A stretch of 55,746 nt of DNA from Kiritimatiellia bacterium (GCA_044343885.1 JBIJDW010000001.1:1-55746); one strand, 5' to 3'. Shown: positions 37,885 through 47,352, counted from the first letter of the stretch. A program made the numbers and translations. The notes: generated by a model from the sequence alone, not told the origin.

Positions 37885-40395
37885 GTGTCGGCTGCCAAAT
37901 GGGGAACGGAACCTATGAACAACATCGCCCGTGATGCTTCGCAGTCGATCCACTTCCCCCCGTATGCCCACAAGGACAACCACACGATCAAGTCGTCCCT
38001 GCGATCAATAACCAGACGGCTCCGTGACGCATACTACAGCGCATGCCCTCAACGCGCAGAAGTCTATACAACGCCATTCGGAGGTCCCATTGGCGACTCC
38101 ATCGGCCCATGGCCCGAGTTCATTTTGCGGGGTCTACCATGCCAGAAATCTAAGCAAGGCTGCTGTACGCCATGCTTCTACTCACGAATGCCACAAGTCT
38201 CCTTGCCTCGACAGGACGTCTACGAATCACTTGTGGAGCAGGTCAACTATATCCTGCGGAACTTCGACGCGCTTGTCACACGTAACCAATGGGGCCCGGT
38301 GGCCTGGGCCGGCGATAAGACAGATAGCATCCCAGTCGCATTCGTTCTGACACCTACGGGGTCCTTCTTTGATGAAATCGAGTTCCCGCTTCATGTGCGG
38401 ACTCACATCCTGTCAATTCTCGCCAAGCATTCTATTGAGACAGGCATCCCGATTGCACTGCACGTCGAGACGCACGCGGAACACTTCCTTGCCGCCTCAG
38501 AGAATCAGGAGGGGTTCGCACAGACAATCGATCTCCTCAAACGGCTTAACGGAAGAATACTGTTCGGATTTGAGAGCAGCGACGCATTTGTCAGGAATGT
38601 CCTCTACAACAAGTTCCTGGAGGAAGCCGTGTTCCTGAGTGCTGCCGAACTGGCTAAGTCAGTGGGGCTAGGCGTGGGTGCGTTTGCGTTCGCCGGGATA
38701 AACCCACTGAACGATGCCGAGATTCTGGCGGACTCCGTGAAGACGCTGGCATTCCTGCACACTCATCAGATTGCGCCGGTTTTGATGTTCCACAATGTCC
38801 AGTCCTACACCATCCAAGAACTCCTGTTTCTTTACGGCGCACACACACTCCCGGAACCGAGAACCGTTCTGGAAGTGGTCAACAACCTCCTGCAGACAAC
38901 GCCCGACAACCGTCGAGGCAACATAGACTCTTGGTTGATTGCCGACCCTGTAGGGGGTCCACCTCCACCTCGGTACAACATCTTTGCCAGCCGCAAGCAC
39001 GTTACGTGTTCGCGGTGCACCGATGCCATCTACCGGGCGGTCGTGCATCTTCGTCAGACCCGCGACGTCGATGCGTATCTGGTCGTAGCCCGTGATCTGG
39101 CAGGGTGTTCGTGTGCGACGAGCTACGTTAACCTGCTCCAACAGCAATCGAAGGAGAATAGCGCTCTCATCAGGCGCACGGCCGACATGGTTCGCATCGC
39201 TTCCGACAAGGTTGGTGACTACGTCGCAGTGGTCAGGCCGATAATGAATGAAGTTGAGGAATTCAGCCTCTTTCAGGACAACGTTCCGCGTTACGGCCAA
39301 CTCAATGATCCTGCCGTTGATGGCCCGATGCTCAAGGCGGAACTGCTCTGCTATGGCATCCGCATCGCGCCTGATCTCAAAGAAGACCTGTTGCGTTTCA
39401 ACTCGTATGTCCACGAAGCCGGTTTCGTGCATGCGGCCCACTTCATGATTGGCACGCATCTGGTGAATACCTGTGTCGCCGAGTCGTTCTGCGAACAGTC
39501 GCCCTATGTCCTGAAACGCCGCAACGAACACTACGAACTCTCCAAGGAAGGCATCATCGTTGCTCCGTGCGATGTTCTGCCAACTCCTTCTTGGTGCGGC
39601 ACAGTTGTCGATGGCTTTAAGCTCGGGGATATACTGCGACCGCACAGCCGAAATGTCATCTCTGGCATGCCCAACCCGATCTGCTGCTATTTTCGGTCAA
39701 ACGAGGGATGTGCCTTCTGCAGCCTGGGAAGGCTCCAGAACTCAAGACCAATCCCTCCGACAACGGTAGCGCAGGCCGCTGTCATCGCTCGGCAACACAA
39801 TCCCGACTATGAACTTGCGCTGAGTGGCGGTACTTCGCACACGCCGGACCGAAGTGCTTCGTATTTTGCTGAGATCGCGCGTCAGATCACGCGAGAAACG
39901 CAAATGGCAATATCTGTGGAACTGGTCCCACCTGAGAGTACGGACTTTCTTGACGAGTTGAAGGCTTCGGGAGTCACATCGGTAATACTGAACATTGAAC
40001 TTTGGAATCAGCCGTTACGGTCCGTCTACTGTCCGGGTAAAGCGCGGATACCGCTTGAGAGCTACCTCAAAGCCATTGAGCACGGCACGAGCTTGTTTGG
40101 CCGGGGGCAAGTCGCGTCTGTGCTGATCGCTGGCTTGCAGTCCCCCAGTGCTGTCGTCGAAGGGGCGCGAGAGGTGATAAGTCGAGGAGCGATTCCGACA
40201 ATCATTCCATTCAAGCCGTTCGATGACTGCAAGATGGCCAATGCACCGAGGACTAGGCCCGAGGAAGTGACTGAGATACATGCTGCTGTCGCAGATCTAC
40301 TGACTCAGTCTCAACTCGGACCACGAATGCAGCGTGGATGCACCGGATGCGGCGGATGTTCGCTTGAGAACCTTCAATCAAGGAGTGGCCGATGA
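37885..40395 (+). CDS. Tandem (double) radical-SAM-like protein; the N-terminal half looks TIGR01210/RaSEA-like
   Basis: 836 aa (GTG at 37885; alternative ATG at 37915). There are two C-x7-C-x2-C triads: C86/C94/C97 (CQKSKQGCCTPCFY) and C601/C609/C612 (CYFRSNEGCAFC). Half 1 motifs are FGFESSD and HNVQSYTIQELL..LPEPRTVLEV. Half 2 motifs are LALSGGTS, ISVELVP and SVLIAGL. A terminal cluster reads CTGCGGC. Confidence 0.6.
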   Translation: MSAAKWGTEPMNNIARDASQSIHFPPYAHKDNHTIKSSLRSITRRLRDAYYSACPQRAEVYTTPFGGPIGDSIGPWPEFILRGLPCQKSKQGCCTPCFYSRMPQVSLPRQDVYESLVEQVNYILRNFDALVTRNQWGPVAWAGDKTDSIPVAFVLTPTGSFFDEIEFPLHVRTHILSILAKHSIETGIPIALHVETHAEHFLAASENQEGFAQTIDLLKRLNGRILFGFESSDAFVRNVLYNKFLEEAVFLSAAELAKSVGLGVGAFAFAGINPLNDAEILADSVKTLAFLHTHQIAPVLMFHNVQSYTIQELLFLYGAHTLPEPRTVLEVVNNLLQTTPDNRRGNIDSWLIADPVGGPPPPRYNIFASRKHVTCSRCTDAIYRAVVHLRQTRDVDAYLVVARDLAGCSCATSYVNLLQQQSKENSALIRRTADMVRIASDKVGDYVAVVRPIMNEVEEFSLFQDNVPRYGQLNDPAVDGPMLKAELLCYGIRIAPDLKEDLLRFNSYVHEAGFVHAAHFMIGTHLVNTCVAESFCEQSPYVLKRRNEHYELSKEGIIVAPCDVLPTPSWCGTVVDGFKLGDILRPHSRNVISGMPNPICCYFRSNEGCAFCSLGRLQNSRPIPPTTVAQAAVIARQHNPDYELALSGGTSHTPDRSASYFAEIARQITRETQMAISVELVPPESTDFLDELKASGVTSVILNIELWNQPLRSVYCPGKARIPLESYLKAIEHGTSLFGRGQVASVLIAGLQSPSAVVEGAREVISRGAIPTIIPFKPFDDCKMANAPRTRPEEVTEIHAAVADLLTQSQLGPRMQRGCTGCGGCSLENLQSRSGR

Positions 40396-40964
40396 AAGTG
40401 CTGGCTCTATGCGGTAGTCCCAGGGCAAACGGAAACACGTCGCAACTGTTGGCAGTTGTGGCAAGCGAATTGAGGAGCCAAGGGCATTCGGTCGACATTC
40501 TCAACCTTGGGGATCTCGCAATCGCAGACTGCAATGGATGCCTCGTATGTGAGGAGACCGAATGCAGCGGAGATTGCTCTATTGAGGACGATATGCAACG
40601 GAGAGTCGTCCCGCTCTTGCTCGCCGCTGACGCTATAATTCTTGGCTCTCCCAGTTATTTTGACATGCCAAGCGCACAGATAAAGCGTTTTATGGATCGG
40701 TCCAACATGGTGTTGAACAGAATCACCAAGAAGGGCATGGCGTGCGCTTTGGTCGTTGTCGGGCAATCCGAAATGGCCAGTCTCAATGCCGCGTGTCGCG
40801 CATTGAGACGATATACCAAGATCTGTGGCATGAAGGAAGTTAGGGGCAGCCCGGTGCGTGTGATAGCAAGGGACGAGGGCGATGTGCGGGCGAGCAAGTC
40901 CGCAATCGATGAGGCAAAGGGGCTGGCAAACGGGCTGATTGCCGCCGTAAGGAAGGCGACATGA
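40392..40964 (+). CDS. Iron-sulfur flavoprotein (Isf-type, NADPH-dependent FMN reductase fold)
   Basis: MKVLALCGSPRANGNTS, then the compact Cys motif C47-x2-C50-x2-C53-x4-C58, then IILGSPSYF. ATGA overlap with the upstream gene. Confidence 0.75.
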   Translation: MKVLALCGSPRANGNTSQLLAVVASELRSQGHSVDILNLGDLAIADCNGCLVCEETECSGDCSIEDDMQRRVVPLLLAADAIILGSPSYFDMPSAQIKRFMDRSNMVLNRITKKGMACALVVVGQSEMASLNAACRALRRYTKICGMKEVRGSPVRVIARDEGDVRASKSAIDEAKGLANGLIAAVRKAT

Positions 40965-42256
40965 AGAACGACATAGGCGACCTGGAGGAACGATCTGATC
41001 CAGGATCATCAGACGCAATCGAGATGGGCTTGCGGCGCAAGGAACAAAAGCTGTTCCAACGCTTTCAGGCCATACGGGAGACCGTTCTCAAAGAGATTGC
41101 TTCGCGGCAGCAGAATGCCAAAGACACCCAGGCGTCTGGAGCGCACTTGGAGTCTGTGCAGCGAATTCTTGCAAGTCTGATTCCGGCCGAACACGTGTCC
41201 AAGTATAATGCCATCGAGTTGTTCGTGTTGCTTGTGGCGGTATACCTTCATGATATCGGTAAGACGCAAACCGCAGGCAAGGACAAACAGCATCACAGCA
41301 CGGTGGGCCGCGAGGTCCTGATGGAACATGCCAAGATTCTCCACCTCGAAGAGCCAGAGGCGCTGGCTGTCGGGTACGTGATCGAGGGTCATGGCCCCAC
41401 CGACATCGCCCGACTTCCTGAATCTAAGGGCATTGCGCCGTACGGCGCAATAAGGTTGCGTCCCCTGGCGGCAATCCTTCGCCTTGCTGACGACCTCGAC
41501 ATGACATTCACTCGGGCGTCGCAGATAAGCCGCAGCATTGTGAAACCCGGCCCGGATATCGACACGAAATGGAATCTTAGGCAATGCGTCGACAACGTGA
41601 GGATCGAGCCTGCCACTTGGTTCATTGAAGTGCAGGCTACACCTCGAAACGCCGGAGATATGGCGTTGCTGCAACGCGAAATCGAGGTGGTGAATGCGCG
41701 ACTTCTGGACGGGCGTCGGTTCCTGCGTGACGTGGGGCTCTGCTACTCGGTAGTGGATGTTAGCATTGACTATTGCTGGATGAAGGATGCGTCCGAGAAG
41801 ACTGCCGCTACTGCTGGCCCGGCAGATCGAGAAGTCGGCGCCGCGAAGGCCTCGGATGCCCGCGGCAACACAGCGGTTGTCATACTTCGATATGATCCGG
41901 CGTCAATGAACCTCTACCAGGATGTCATTGAGCCGTGTCTTCGAGAGAGTGGTCTGTCGCCAGCTCTCATTGAGAGCATGCTTCCAGAAGACACGATCTT
42001 GGAAAGAACGCGGCGTGCCATCGAAGATGCAGCACTAGTTGTTGTCATACTGACGGGTGGCGGTAGTCCATCGGTTCACTTCCGGCTCGGTGTCGCTGCT
42101 GGTTTGGATCGCGAGATTCTCGCTTTTACGTCATCTGGTGCCACAATGATTGGCGATCTTTGCGGGTTGAGAACCCGCATATTTGACACCGAAGAAGAGC
42201 TCCGGCAGCAACTCAAGGACGAACTATCAAGACGTACTGCAAGTGAGATGAGGTGA
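40961..42256 (+). CDS. HD-domain phosphohydrolase with C-terminal TIR/NDT-like module
   Basis: HD-domain motifs VAVYLHDIGK, HH..VG, IEGHG and LRLADDLD. The C-terminal ~130 aa (VVILRYD ... AALVVVILTGGGSPSVHFRLGVAAGLDREILAF) resemble TIR-like nucleotide-binding domains. ATGA overlap with the upstream gene. Confidence 0.65.
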   Translation: MKNDIGDLEERSDPGSSDAIEMGLRRKEQKLFQRFQAIRETVLKEIASRQQNAKDTQASGAHLESVQRILASLIPAEHVSKYNAIELFVLLVAVYLHDIGKTQTAGKDKQHHSTVGREVLMEHAKILHLEEPEALAVGYVIEGHGPTDIARLPESKGIAPYGAIRLRPLAAILRLADDLDMTFTRASQISRSIVKPGPDIDTKWNLRQCVDNVRIEPATWFIEVQATPRNAGDMALLQREIEVVNARLLDGRRFLRDVGLCYSVVDVSIDYCWMKDASEKTAATAGPADREVGAAKASDARGNTAVVILRYDPASMNLYQDVIEPCLRESGLSPALIESMLPEDTILERTRRAIEDAALVVVILTGGGSPSVHFRLGVAAGLDREILAFTSSGATMIGDLCGLRTRIFDTEEELRQQLKDELSRRTASEMR

Positions 42257-42508
42257 AGGGGACAGGGAAACAGCGTCAGGATGCAGCGGGGATCAGTAGA
42301 TGTATGGATGAATTACGCGGCTTCTTGGGGACGATTGCGTAGAAGTGTATGTTTCAGGCGCGATCAGTCGACTGTTGACCGTTTGGTGCGAGCCGAACGC
42401 CTGTTATGTCGCATCGAACCGGATTAACGGGCACAGCGGGATCGCTGCAACGGGTGTTGCGTTAGCCGATCTGCTGGCAGAAAGTTTAAATAATGTCAGG
42501 AATGCCGC

Positions 42509-42960
42509 TCATTCGAGGGCGAGGCGCAGATGACGCCAGCAGCAGACGCCGTCGGGGGCGTCGGACGTCGGCGCGGCCTTGGCGAGCCAGTGAGTCGGCT
42601 TCGTACTGGATGGCCGGGCGCGGCGAACTGCCTCCCGGACAAAGAGTTCGGATCCGATGCACAGTCCGTCCACCCAGTGGCGGACCCGGCGGCGGGCGGT
42701 GAGCAAAAACTCGCAGGGGGTTGAGACATCCGGATTCCCCTTCTGAGCGGCGTCTTCCACGGCATCGCGCGCAAAACGGTCCTTGAGCGTGTTCAGGAGG
42801 CCGTTTGCATCGAGTCCTTCAAACGGAAGTGGCAGTGTGGGCACGAGATAACGCGCAATGGCATCGGCAAAGTGCTATTATTTGCCTGTCCCCGGTTGTC
42901 AGGACAAACTCCTCCCATTCGGGGCGTCGATGATCCGGGAGGACCCGGAGACCCCGCCGT
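42509..42960 (-). pseudogene. Possible degraded IS200/RayT-like transposase remnant
   Basis: The minus-strand ORF pieces are in different frames. RRPEWEEFVLTTGDRQ resembles an N-terminal LPHWE..yFVTfR motif, and WVDGLCIGSELFVREAV resembles a C-terminal motif. The match is weak. Confidence 0.25.
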
Positions 42961-43131
42961 CGACGAATCCACCCGCCACTCCATACCCGTGCCCAGTCCA
43001 GACCTCCCTTCGTCGTCCCCCGCACCGCCGCCACCGCCGCGCCCCGGCCAGACCGGCCCCAACACACCTCCAACAGCTTGATACAAAAATGTCTCAATGA
43101 TCGCTTCGGATGCATCTCACAAAACCAGAGG

Positions 43132-43199
43132 GGTTGGTTCGGGGGTGGATTGTGGGTTGGTTCGGGGTTGGAATGTGGGTGAAACCGGGGTGGATTGTG
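43132..43199. repeat. Three tandem ~23-nt G/T-rich repeats
   Basis: The units are ggttggttcgggggtggattgtg, ggttggttcggggttggaatgtg and ggtgaaaccggggtggattgtg. They lie in a 1.5-kb stretch with no convincing ORF. Confidence 0.8.
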
Positions 43200-43766
43200 G
43201 GTGGTTTTTTCACACCCCATCCCAAAACACCCGCCAACTCGCAGAAAACTACCTCCTAGAGCGTCAACGCATAACGCCGCACCACGACGCACCACGCCCG
43301 CCAGACCCCACCAAGCCCGATTCCCACGCACACCCGGATAAACCCAACCAACACAAGACCTTAACGCCCATCCGCACCCTCGCCGGAATAAGCATTCCAT
43401 GTGCTTTGCATTAGGCCACGCGGCAACATCTCCTAAGTCAATACGCGGTAAGTTGTTACGGCTCGGATTCGCTGACAAATTCGGAAACACGTGCTAACCT
43501 TTTGCTAATCATTTTTCACTAGGCAACAAGTTTTACACCGCAACGCATCAAGAGAGAGCATAAGAGAGCATAGCAGCGGAAAATGCCATGATCGAGGGGA
43601 TTTTGATCAAGCGGGGTGAAATCTGGTACGTCGTCTGACGCCAAACTGGCCGAAAACACTGGAAATCCACCGGAGAGACGAGCACAAAAAGCCCATGAAA
43701 ATCCGATCCCGTATCATCGCCCCCATTGATCACTCAAAGCGGAGTGACTTTTCGTGAGGAACGGCC

Positions 43767-43988
43767 TCAATCTGCCATCAGCAGGCTCCAGTCACAGGCC
43801 AAAGCTTTCTGAATCCGGGCGGTCGTGGTGATGAGGATGTTCGTTTGGCCGGCTTCGATCTTCTGGACGGTGCGGATATTCAGGTCGGTCAATTCGGCCA
43901 GTCTTTCTTGCGTCATGCTGCGTGCGGTTCGCAACCGCCGAACATTTGCGCCGAAAATCTGAAGCCGGGGTTTTAGTATCTTGTCCAT
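43767..43988 (-). CDS. XRE-family helix-turn-helix regulator
   Basis: LRTARSMTQERLAELTDLNIRTVQKIEAGQTN. This is the only clear minus-strand gene inside the island. It is divergent from the Sel1/protease gene. Confidence 0.8.
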   Translation of the reverse strand: MDKILKPRLQIFGANVRRLRTARSMTQERLAELTDLNIRTVQKIEAGQTNILITTTARIQKALACDWSLLMAD

Positions 43989-44016
43989 TGCGGTGCATTA
44001 TGGCGTAATCTGTCGG

Positions 44017-44046
44017 TTGACAGTACGGCACAACAGGGCGTATCTT
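44017..44046 (+). promoter_or_regulatory. Putative sigma70-type promoter (TTGACA-18-TATCTT)
   Basis: ggttgacagtacggcacaacagggcgtatcttg lies 60 nt upstream of the ATG at 44107. A near copy occurs at 47611..47639. Confidence 0.5.
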
Positions 44047-44106
44047 GTGGGGCAATGAGTAGCATGCCGGATCTGTTTGATTCCACGCCCAACCGAGAGG
44101 AGTATT

Positions 44107-47100
44107 ATGCCCCAACCGACTCACCGCCGCCTGATCGCCATCTTCCTGATGACGCTGGCCATCACCGCAGCGGCATCCCGCGCGGCTGACAAGCAACCCG
44201 CCGTTGAGAGCGTGCCTGCCGACGTGAAGCGTGCAATCGCCTCGGAAATGCGCGAGCTTGAGAGTTTCACCCGTTCCGGCGTCAAGACGGATGCCGACTT
44301 TGTCCGCCCCCTCACTCAAACACGGTACAGCGTCTGGTTATCCGCCGCCAACGGGGGCTTGGCCGACGGCCAGTTCCTGATCGGCGTGTGCCACCTCGAC
44401 GGAATAGGCACACGAACCAACGCCACGGCAGCGGTGCAATGGTTCCGCAAGGCCGCCGAACAAAGCCACGCACGGGCGCAGTATGACCTCGGACGCTGTT
44501 ACGCCAACGGCGATGGCATTGAGAAGGACCCCACCGAGGCCGTCCGCTGGTTCAAAAAGGCGGCCGAACAGGGCGACGCCATGGCGCAGTTTTACCTCGG
44601 TGTTTGCTACTCCAATGGTAACGGCGTCGGAGAGGAACCCGCCGAGGCCGTTCGCTGGTGGAAGAAGGCGGCGGATCAGGGCGCTGCCGAGGCGCAGTAT
44701 AATCTCGGATGCTGTTACGCCAATGGCAACGGCGTCGGAGAGGAACCCGCCGAGGCCGTTCGCTGGTGGAAGAAGGCGGCGGATCAGGGCGATGCCGAGG
44801 CGCAGTATAATCTCGGATGCTGTTACGCCAATGGCAACGGCGTCGAGAAAAGCCTCACCGAGGCCGTCCGCTGGTACAAGAAGGCTGCGGAACAAGGTTA
44901 TGCCGATGCGCAGGTTAATCTCGGTGTTTGCTACCACACCGGCGCTGGCGTCGAGAAGAACCCCGCCGAGGCCATCCGCTGGGTCAAGAAGGCTGCGGAA
45001 CAGGGCCTTGCCTTGGCGCAGTTGAACCTCGGTTCTCGTTACTACATAGGCGATGGCGTCGAGGAGGACCCCGCCGAGGCCGTCCGCTGGTACAAGAAGG
45101 CAGCGGAACAAGGCAATGCCGACGCGCAGTTAATGCTCGAACACTGGTACACTGCCGGCGAGGGCGTCGAGAAGGATCCCGTCAAGGCCGCCCGCTGGTA
45201 CAGGGAGGCGGCGGAACTGGGCATTGCCAGGGCGCAGGTTAATCTCGGTAACCGTTACGCCAACGGCATCGGCGTCGAGAAGAACCCCGCCGAGGCTGCC
45301 CGCTGGTACAAGAAGGCAGCCGAACAGGGAGATGACAGGGCGCGGTTTAGTCTCGGTGTCTGTTACGCAACCGGTAACGGCGTCGAGAAGGATCCCTCCG
45401 AGGCTGCCCGCTGGTACAAGAAGGCATCCGAACAGGGCAATGCCGAGGCGCAGTATAATCTCGGGATCTGTTACGTAACCGGCGACGGTGTCGGGAAGAA
45501 CCCCGCAGAGGCCGTCCGATGGTTCAAGAAGGCGGCGGAAAGGGGCCATGCCGAGGCGCAGGGTATGCTTGGACTTCACGCCGAGGCGCAGGGTATGCTT
45601 GGACTCCACTACGCCGACGGCGACGGCGTCGAGAAAAACCTTTCCGAAGTCTTCCGCTGGTACAGGAAGGAGACGGAACAGGGAGAGGCCGAGGCGCAGG
45701 GTATTCCCGGTGCTTGTTACGCCGACGGCGACGGCGTCGAGAAGAACCGTGCCGAGGCCGCCCGCTGGTGGAAGGGTGAAGCCGAACAGGGCAATGACTG
45801 GGCGCAGTATTGGCTCGGACGCTGTTATGCCGTCGGTGAGGGTGTCGAGAAGGACCCTGCCAAAGCCGTCCGCTGGTTCAAAAAGGCGGCCGAACAGGGC
45901 TATGCCGACGCGCAGTATAAGCTCGGATGCTGTTACGCCAAAGGCGAAGGCATCGAGAAGAACGCCGCCGAGGCCGTCCGCTGGCACCGGAGGGCAGCCG
46001 AGCAGGGCGATGCCAGATCGCAGTATAATCTCGGGCTCTGTTATGCCAACGGCCTCGGCGTCGAGAAGTCTCCCGCCGAGGCCTTCCGCTGGTTCCGGAA
46101 GGCGGCGGATCAGGGCAACGCCGCGGCGTATCATAACCTCGGTGTTTGCTATGCCGCTGGTGAGGGCATCAAGAAGGACCCAGCCACGGCCTTCCGCTGC
46201 TTCGGGGTTGCGGCGGAGCTGGGATATGCCGACGCGCAGTATACTCTCGGATGCCATTACGCCATCGGCCTCGGCGACGAGCAGGACTTCGCCGAGGCCG
46301 CCCGCTGGTTCCGGAAGGCCGCTGACCAAGGTAATGCCGAGGCGCAACATCGCCTCGGTGTTTGTTACGCCGAAGGCGACGGCGTCGGGAAGAACTCCGC
46401 CGAGGCCGCCCGCTGGTGGAAGAAGGCGGCGGATCAGGGCCATGCCGAAGCGCACAACAACCTGGGATTTGGCTATGAGAAAGGAGCTGGAGTCGTCCAG
46501 GACAACGCGCAGGCCTGTGTCCATTTTCTGATTGCCAATGCGTTGGGCTGTACAGGTACAGAGCTAATGCAGAGCAATCTCCGAATCATCCGCGCCCGTC
46601 TCTCCGGGGCGCAATATGCGGCGGCGCAGCAGGCGGCGACCCGGTGGGTCGAGAAGTTTCGCTCGGGTGAGAGGCAGACCCCGGATGCGGCTATGCCCCC
46701 GACTGCTCCACCGCCCACTGACACGGTGAAAGCAACCGGTTCCGGGTTCGTCATCAGCACGGACGGCTATTTTCTCACCTGCGCCCATGTCATCGAAGGC
46801 GGGCGCGAGATCAAGGTGCGGATCGGCGACAAGACCCACCCGGCCAAAGTCGTCCGCGCCGACCGTCGGAACGACGTGGCCTTGCTCAAACTGGAAGGCG
46901 AGGGCTTCACCCCCCTGGCCCTGGCCCAGTCCATTCCCGAAATGGGTGACAAGGTCTTCACGATTGGATACCCGAACCCCGGCATCCAGGGCGGCGCCGC
47001 CAAATACACGGACGGCGTGATCAGCGCCCTCTCGGGCCTTCAGGACGATGTCCGCACCATGCAGATTACGGCCTCGGTCCAGGTGGGAAACTCCGGAGGC

Positions 47101-47352
47101 GTCTTGGCGGACGCAGCCGGCAATGCCATCGGTCTGGTCGTGGCCCAACTCAACGCCATAGCGGTTTTCGAGTACACAGGATCAATCCCCCAGAACGTCG
47201 CCTTCGCGGTGAAGAGCAACTACGCCCTGCCGCTGATCCAAGCCGTTCCCAATCTGGCCCGCCGCCTTCCCCCGCCGGCGAAGCCTGCGGCGAACGTCAG
47301 CCCAATCAAGGCGGTGGAGGCCGCAACCGGGCTGGTGATTGTGAATGAGTGA
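44107..47352 (+). CDS. Secreted Sel1-repeat (SLR) protein fused to a trypsin-like (S1/HtrA-type) serine protease domain
   Basis: Signal peptide RRLIAIFLMTLAITAAASRAA. About 20 units of 36 aa follow (A.RW..KAAEQG.A.AQ..LG.CY..G.GV.K). The C-terminus has GSGFVIS..LTCAHV, NDVALLKL and GNSGGV, the His/Asp/Ser triad context. Confidence 0.85.
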   Translation: MPQPTHRRLIAIFLMTLAITAAASRAADKQPAVESVPADVKRAIASEMRELESFTRSGVKTDADFVRPLTQTRYSVWLSAANGGLADGQFLIGVCHLDGIGTRTNATAAVQWFRKAAEQSHARAQYDLGRCYANGDGIEKDPTEAVRWFKKAAEQGDAMAQFYLGVCYSNGNGVGEEPAEAVRWWKKAADQGAAEAQYNLGCCYANGNGVGEEPAEAVRWWKKAADQGDAEAQYNLGCCYANGNGVEKSLTEAVRWYKKAAEQGYADAQVNLGVCYHTGAGVEKNPAEAIRWVKKAAEQGLALAQLNLGSRYYIGDGVEEDPAEAVRWYKKAAEQGNADAQLMLEHWYTAGEGVEKDPVKAARWYREAAELGIARAQVNLGNRYANGIGVEKNPAEAARWYKKAAEQGDDRARFSLGVCYATGNGVEKDPSEAARWYKKASEQGNAEAQYNLGICYVTGDGVGKNPAEAVRWFKKAAERGHAEAQGMLGLHAEAQGMLGLHYADGDGVEKNLSEVFRWYRKETEQGEAEAQGIPGACYADGDGVEKNRAEAARWWKGEAEQGNDWAQYWLGRCYAVGEGVEKDPAKAVRWFKKAAEQGYADAQYKLGCCYAKGEGIEKNAAEAVRWHRRAAEQGDARSQYNLGLCYANGLGVEKSPAEAFRWFRKAADQGNAAAYHNLGVCYAAGEGIKKDPATAFRCFGVAAELGYADAQYTLGCHYAIGLGDEQDFAEAARWFRKAADQGNAEAQHRLGVCYAEGDGVGKNSAEAARWWKKAADQGHAEAHNNLGFGYEKGAGVVQDNAQACVHFLIANALGCTGTELMQSNLRIIRARLSGAQYAAAQQAATRWVEKFRSGERQTPDAAMPPTAPPPTDTVKATGSGFVISTDGYFLTCAHVIEGGREIKVRIGDKTHPAKVVRADRRNDVALLKLEGEGFTPLALAQSIPEMGDKVFTIGYPNPGIQGGAAKYTDGVISALSGLQDDVRTMQITASVQVGNSGGVLADAAGNAIGLVVAQLNAIAVFEYTGSIPQNVAFAVKSNYALPLIQAVPNLARRLPPPAKPAANVSPIKAVEAATGLVIVNE
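44350..46530 (+). repeat. 108-bp periodic coding repeat array (Sel1 units)
   Basis: Includes two adjacent 108-bp units differing at one base (about 44627-44734 and 44735-44842). Also includes a 30-bp in-frame tandem duplication (45548-45577 and 45578-45607, HAEAQGMLGL x2). Confidence 0.9.

Noticed and set aside
37885-40395. Calling the radical-SAM protein a prokaryotic viperin
   Set aside because: Viperins are single-domain enzymes of about 300 aa with a canonical CX3CX2C motif. This protein is 836 aa with two C-x7-C-x2-C triads and different partner genes.
42345-43490. Several 60-220-aa ORFs on both strands in the 42.3-43.5 kb region
   Set aside because: They overlap one another and are compositionally biased (Pro/Arg/Gly-rich). 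They have no motifs apart from weak transposase-like patches, so the region is treated as non-coding or decayed.
44350-46530. A regular 108-bp periodic repeat array that could superficially suggest a CRISPR-like or satellite array
   Set aside because: The period equals one 36-aa Sel1 unit inside a long, intact ORF. There is no repeat/spacer alternation, and no cas genes are present in the window.
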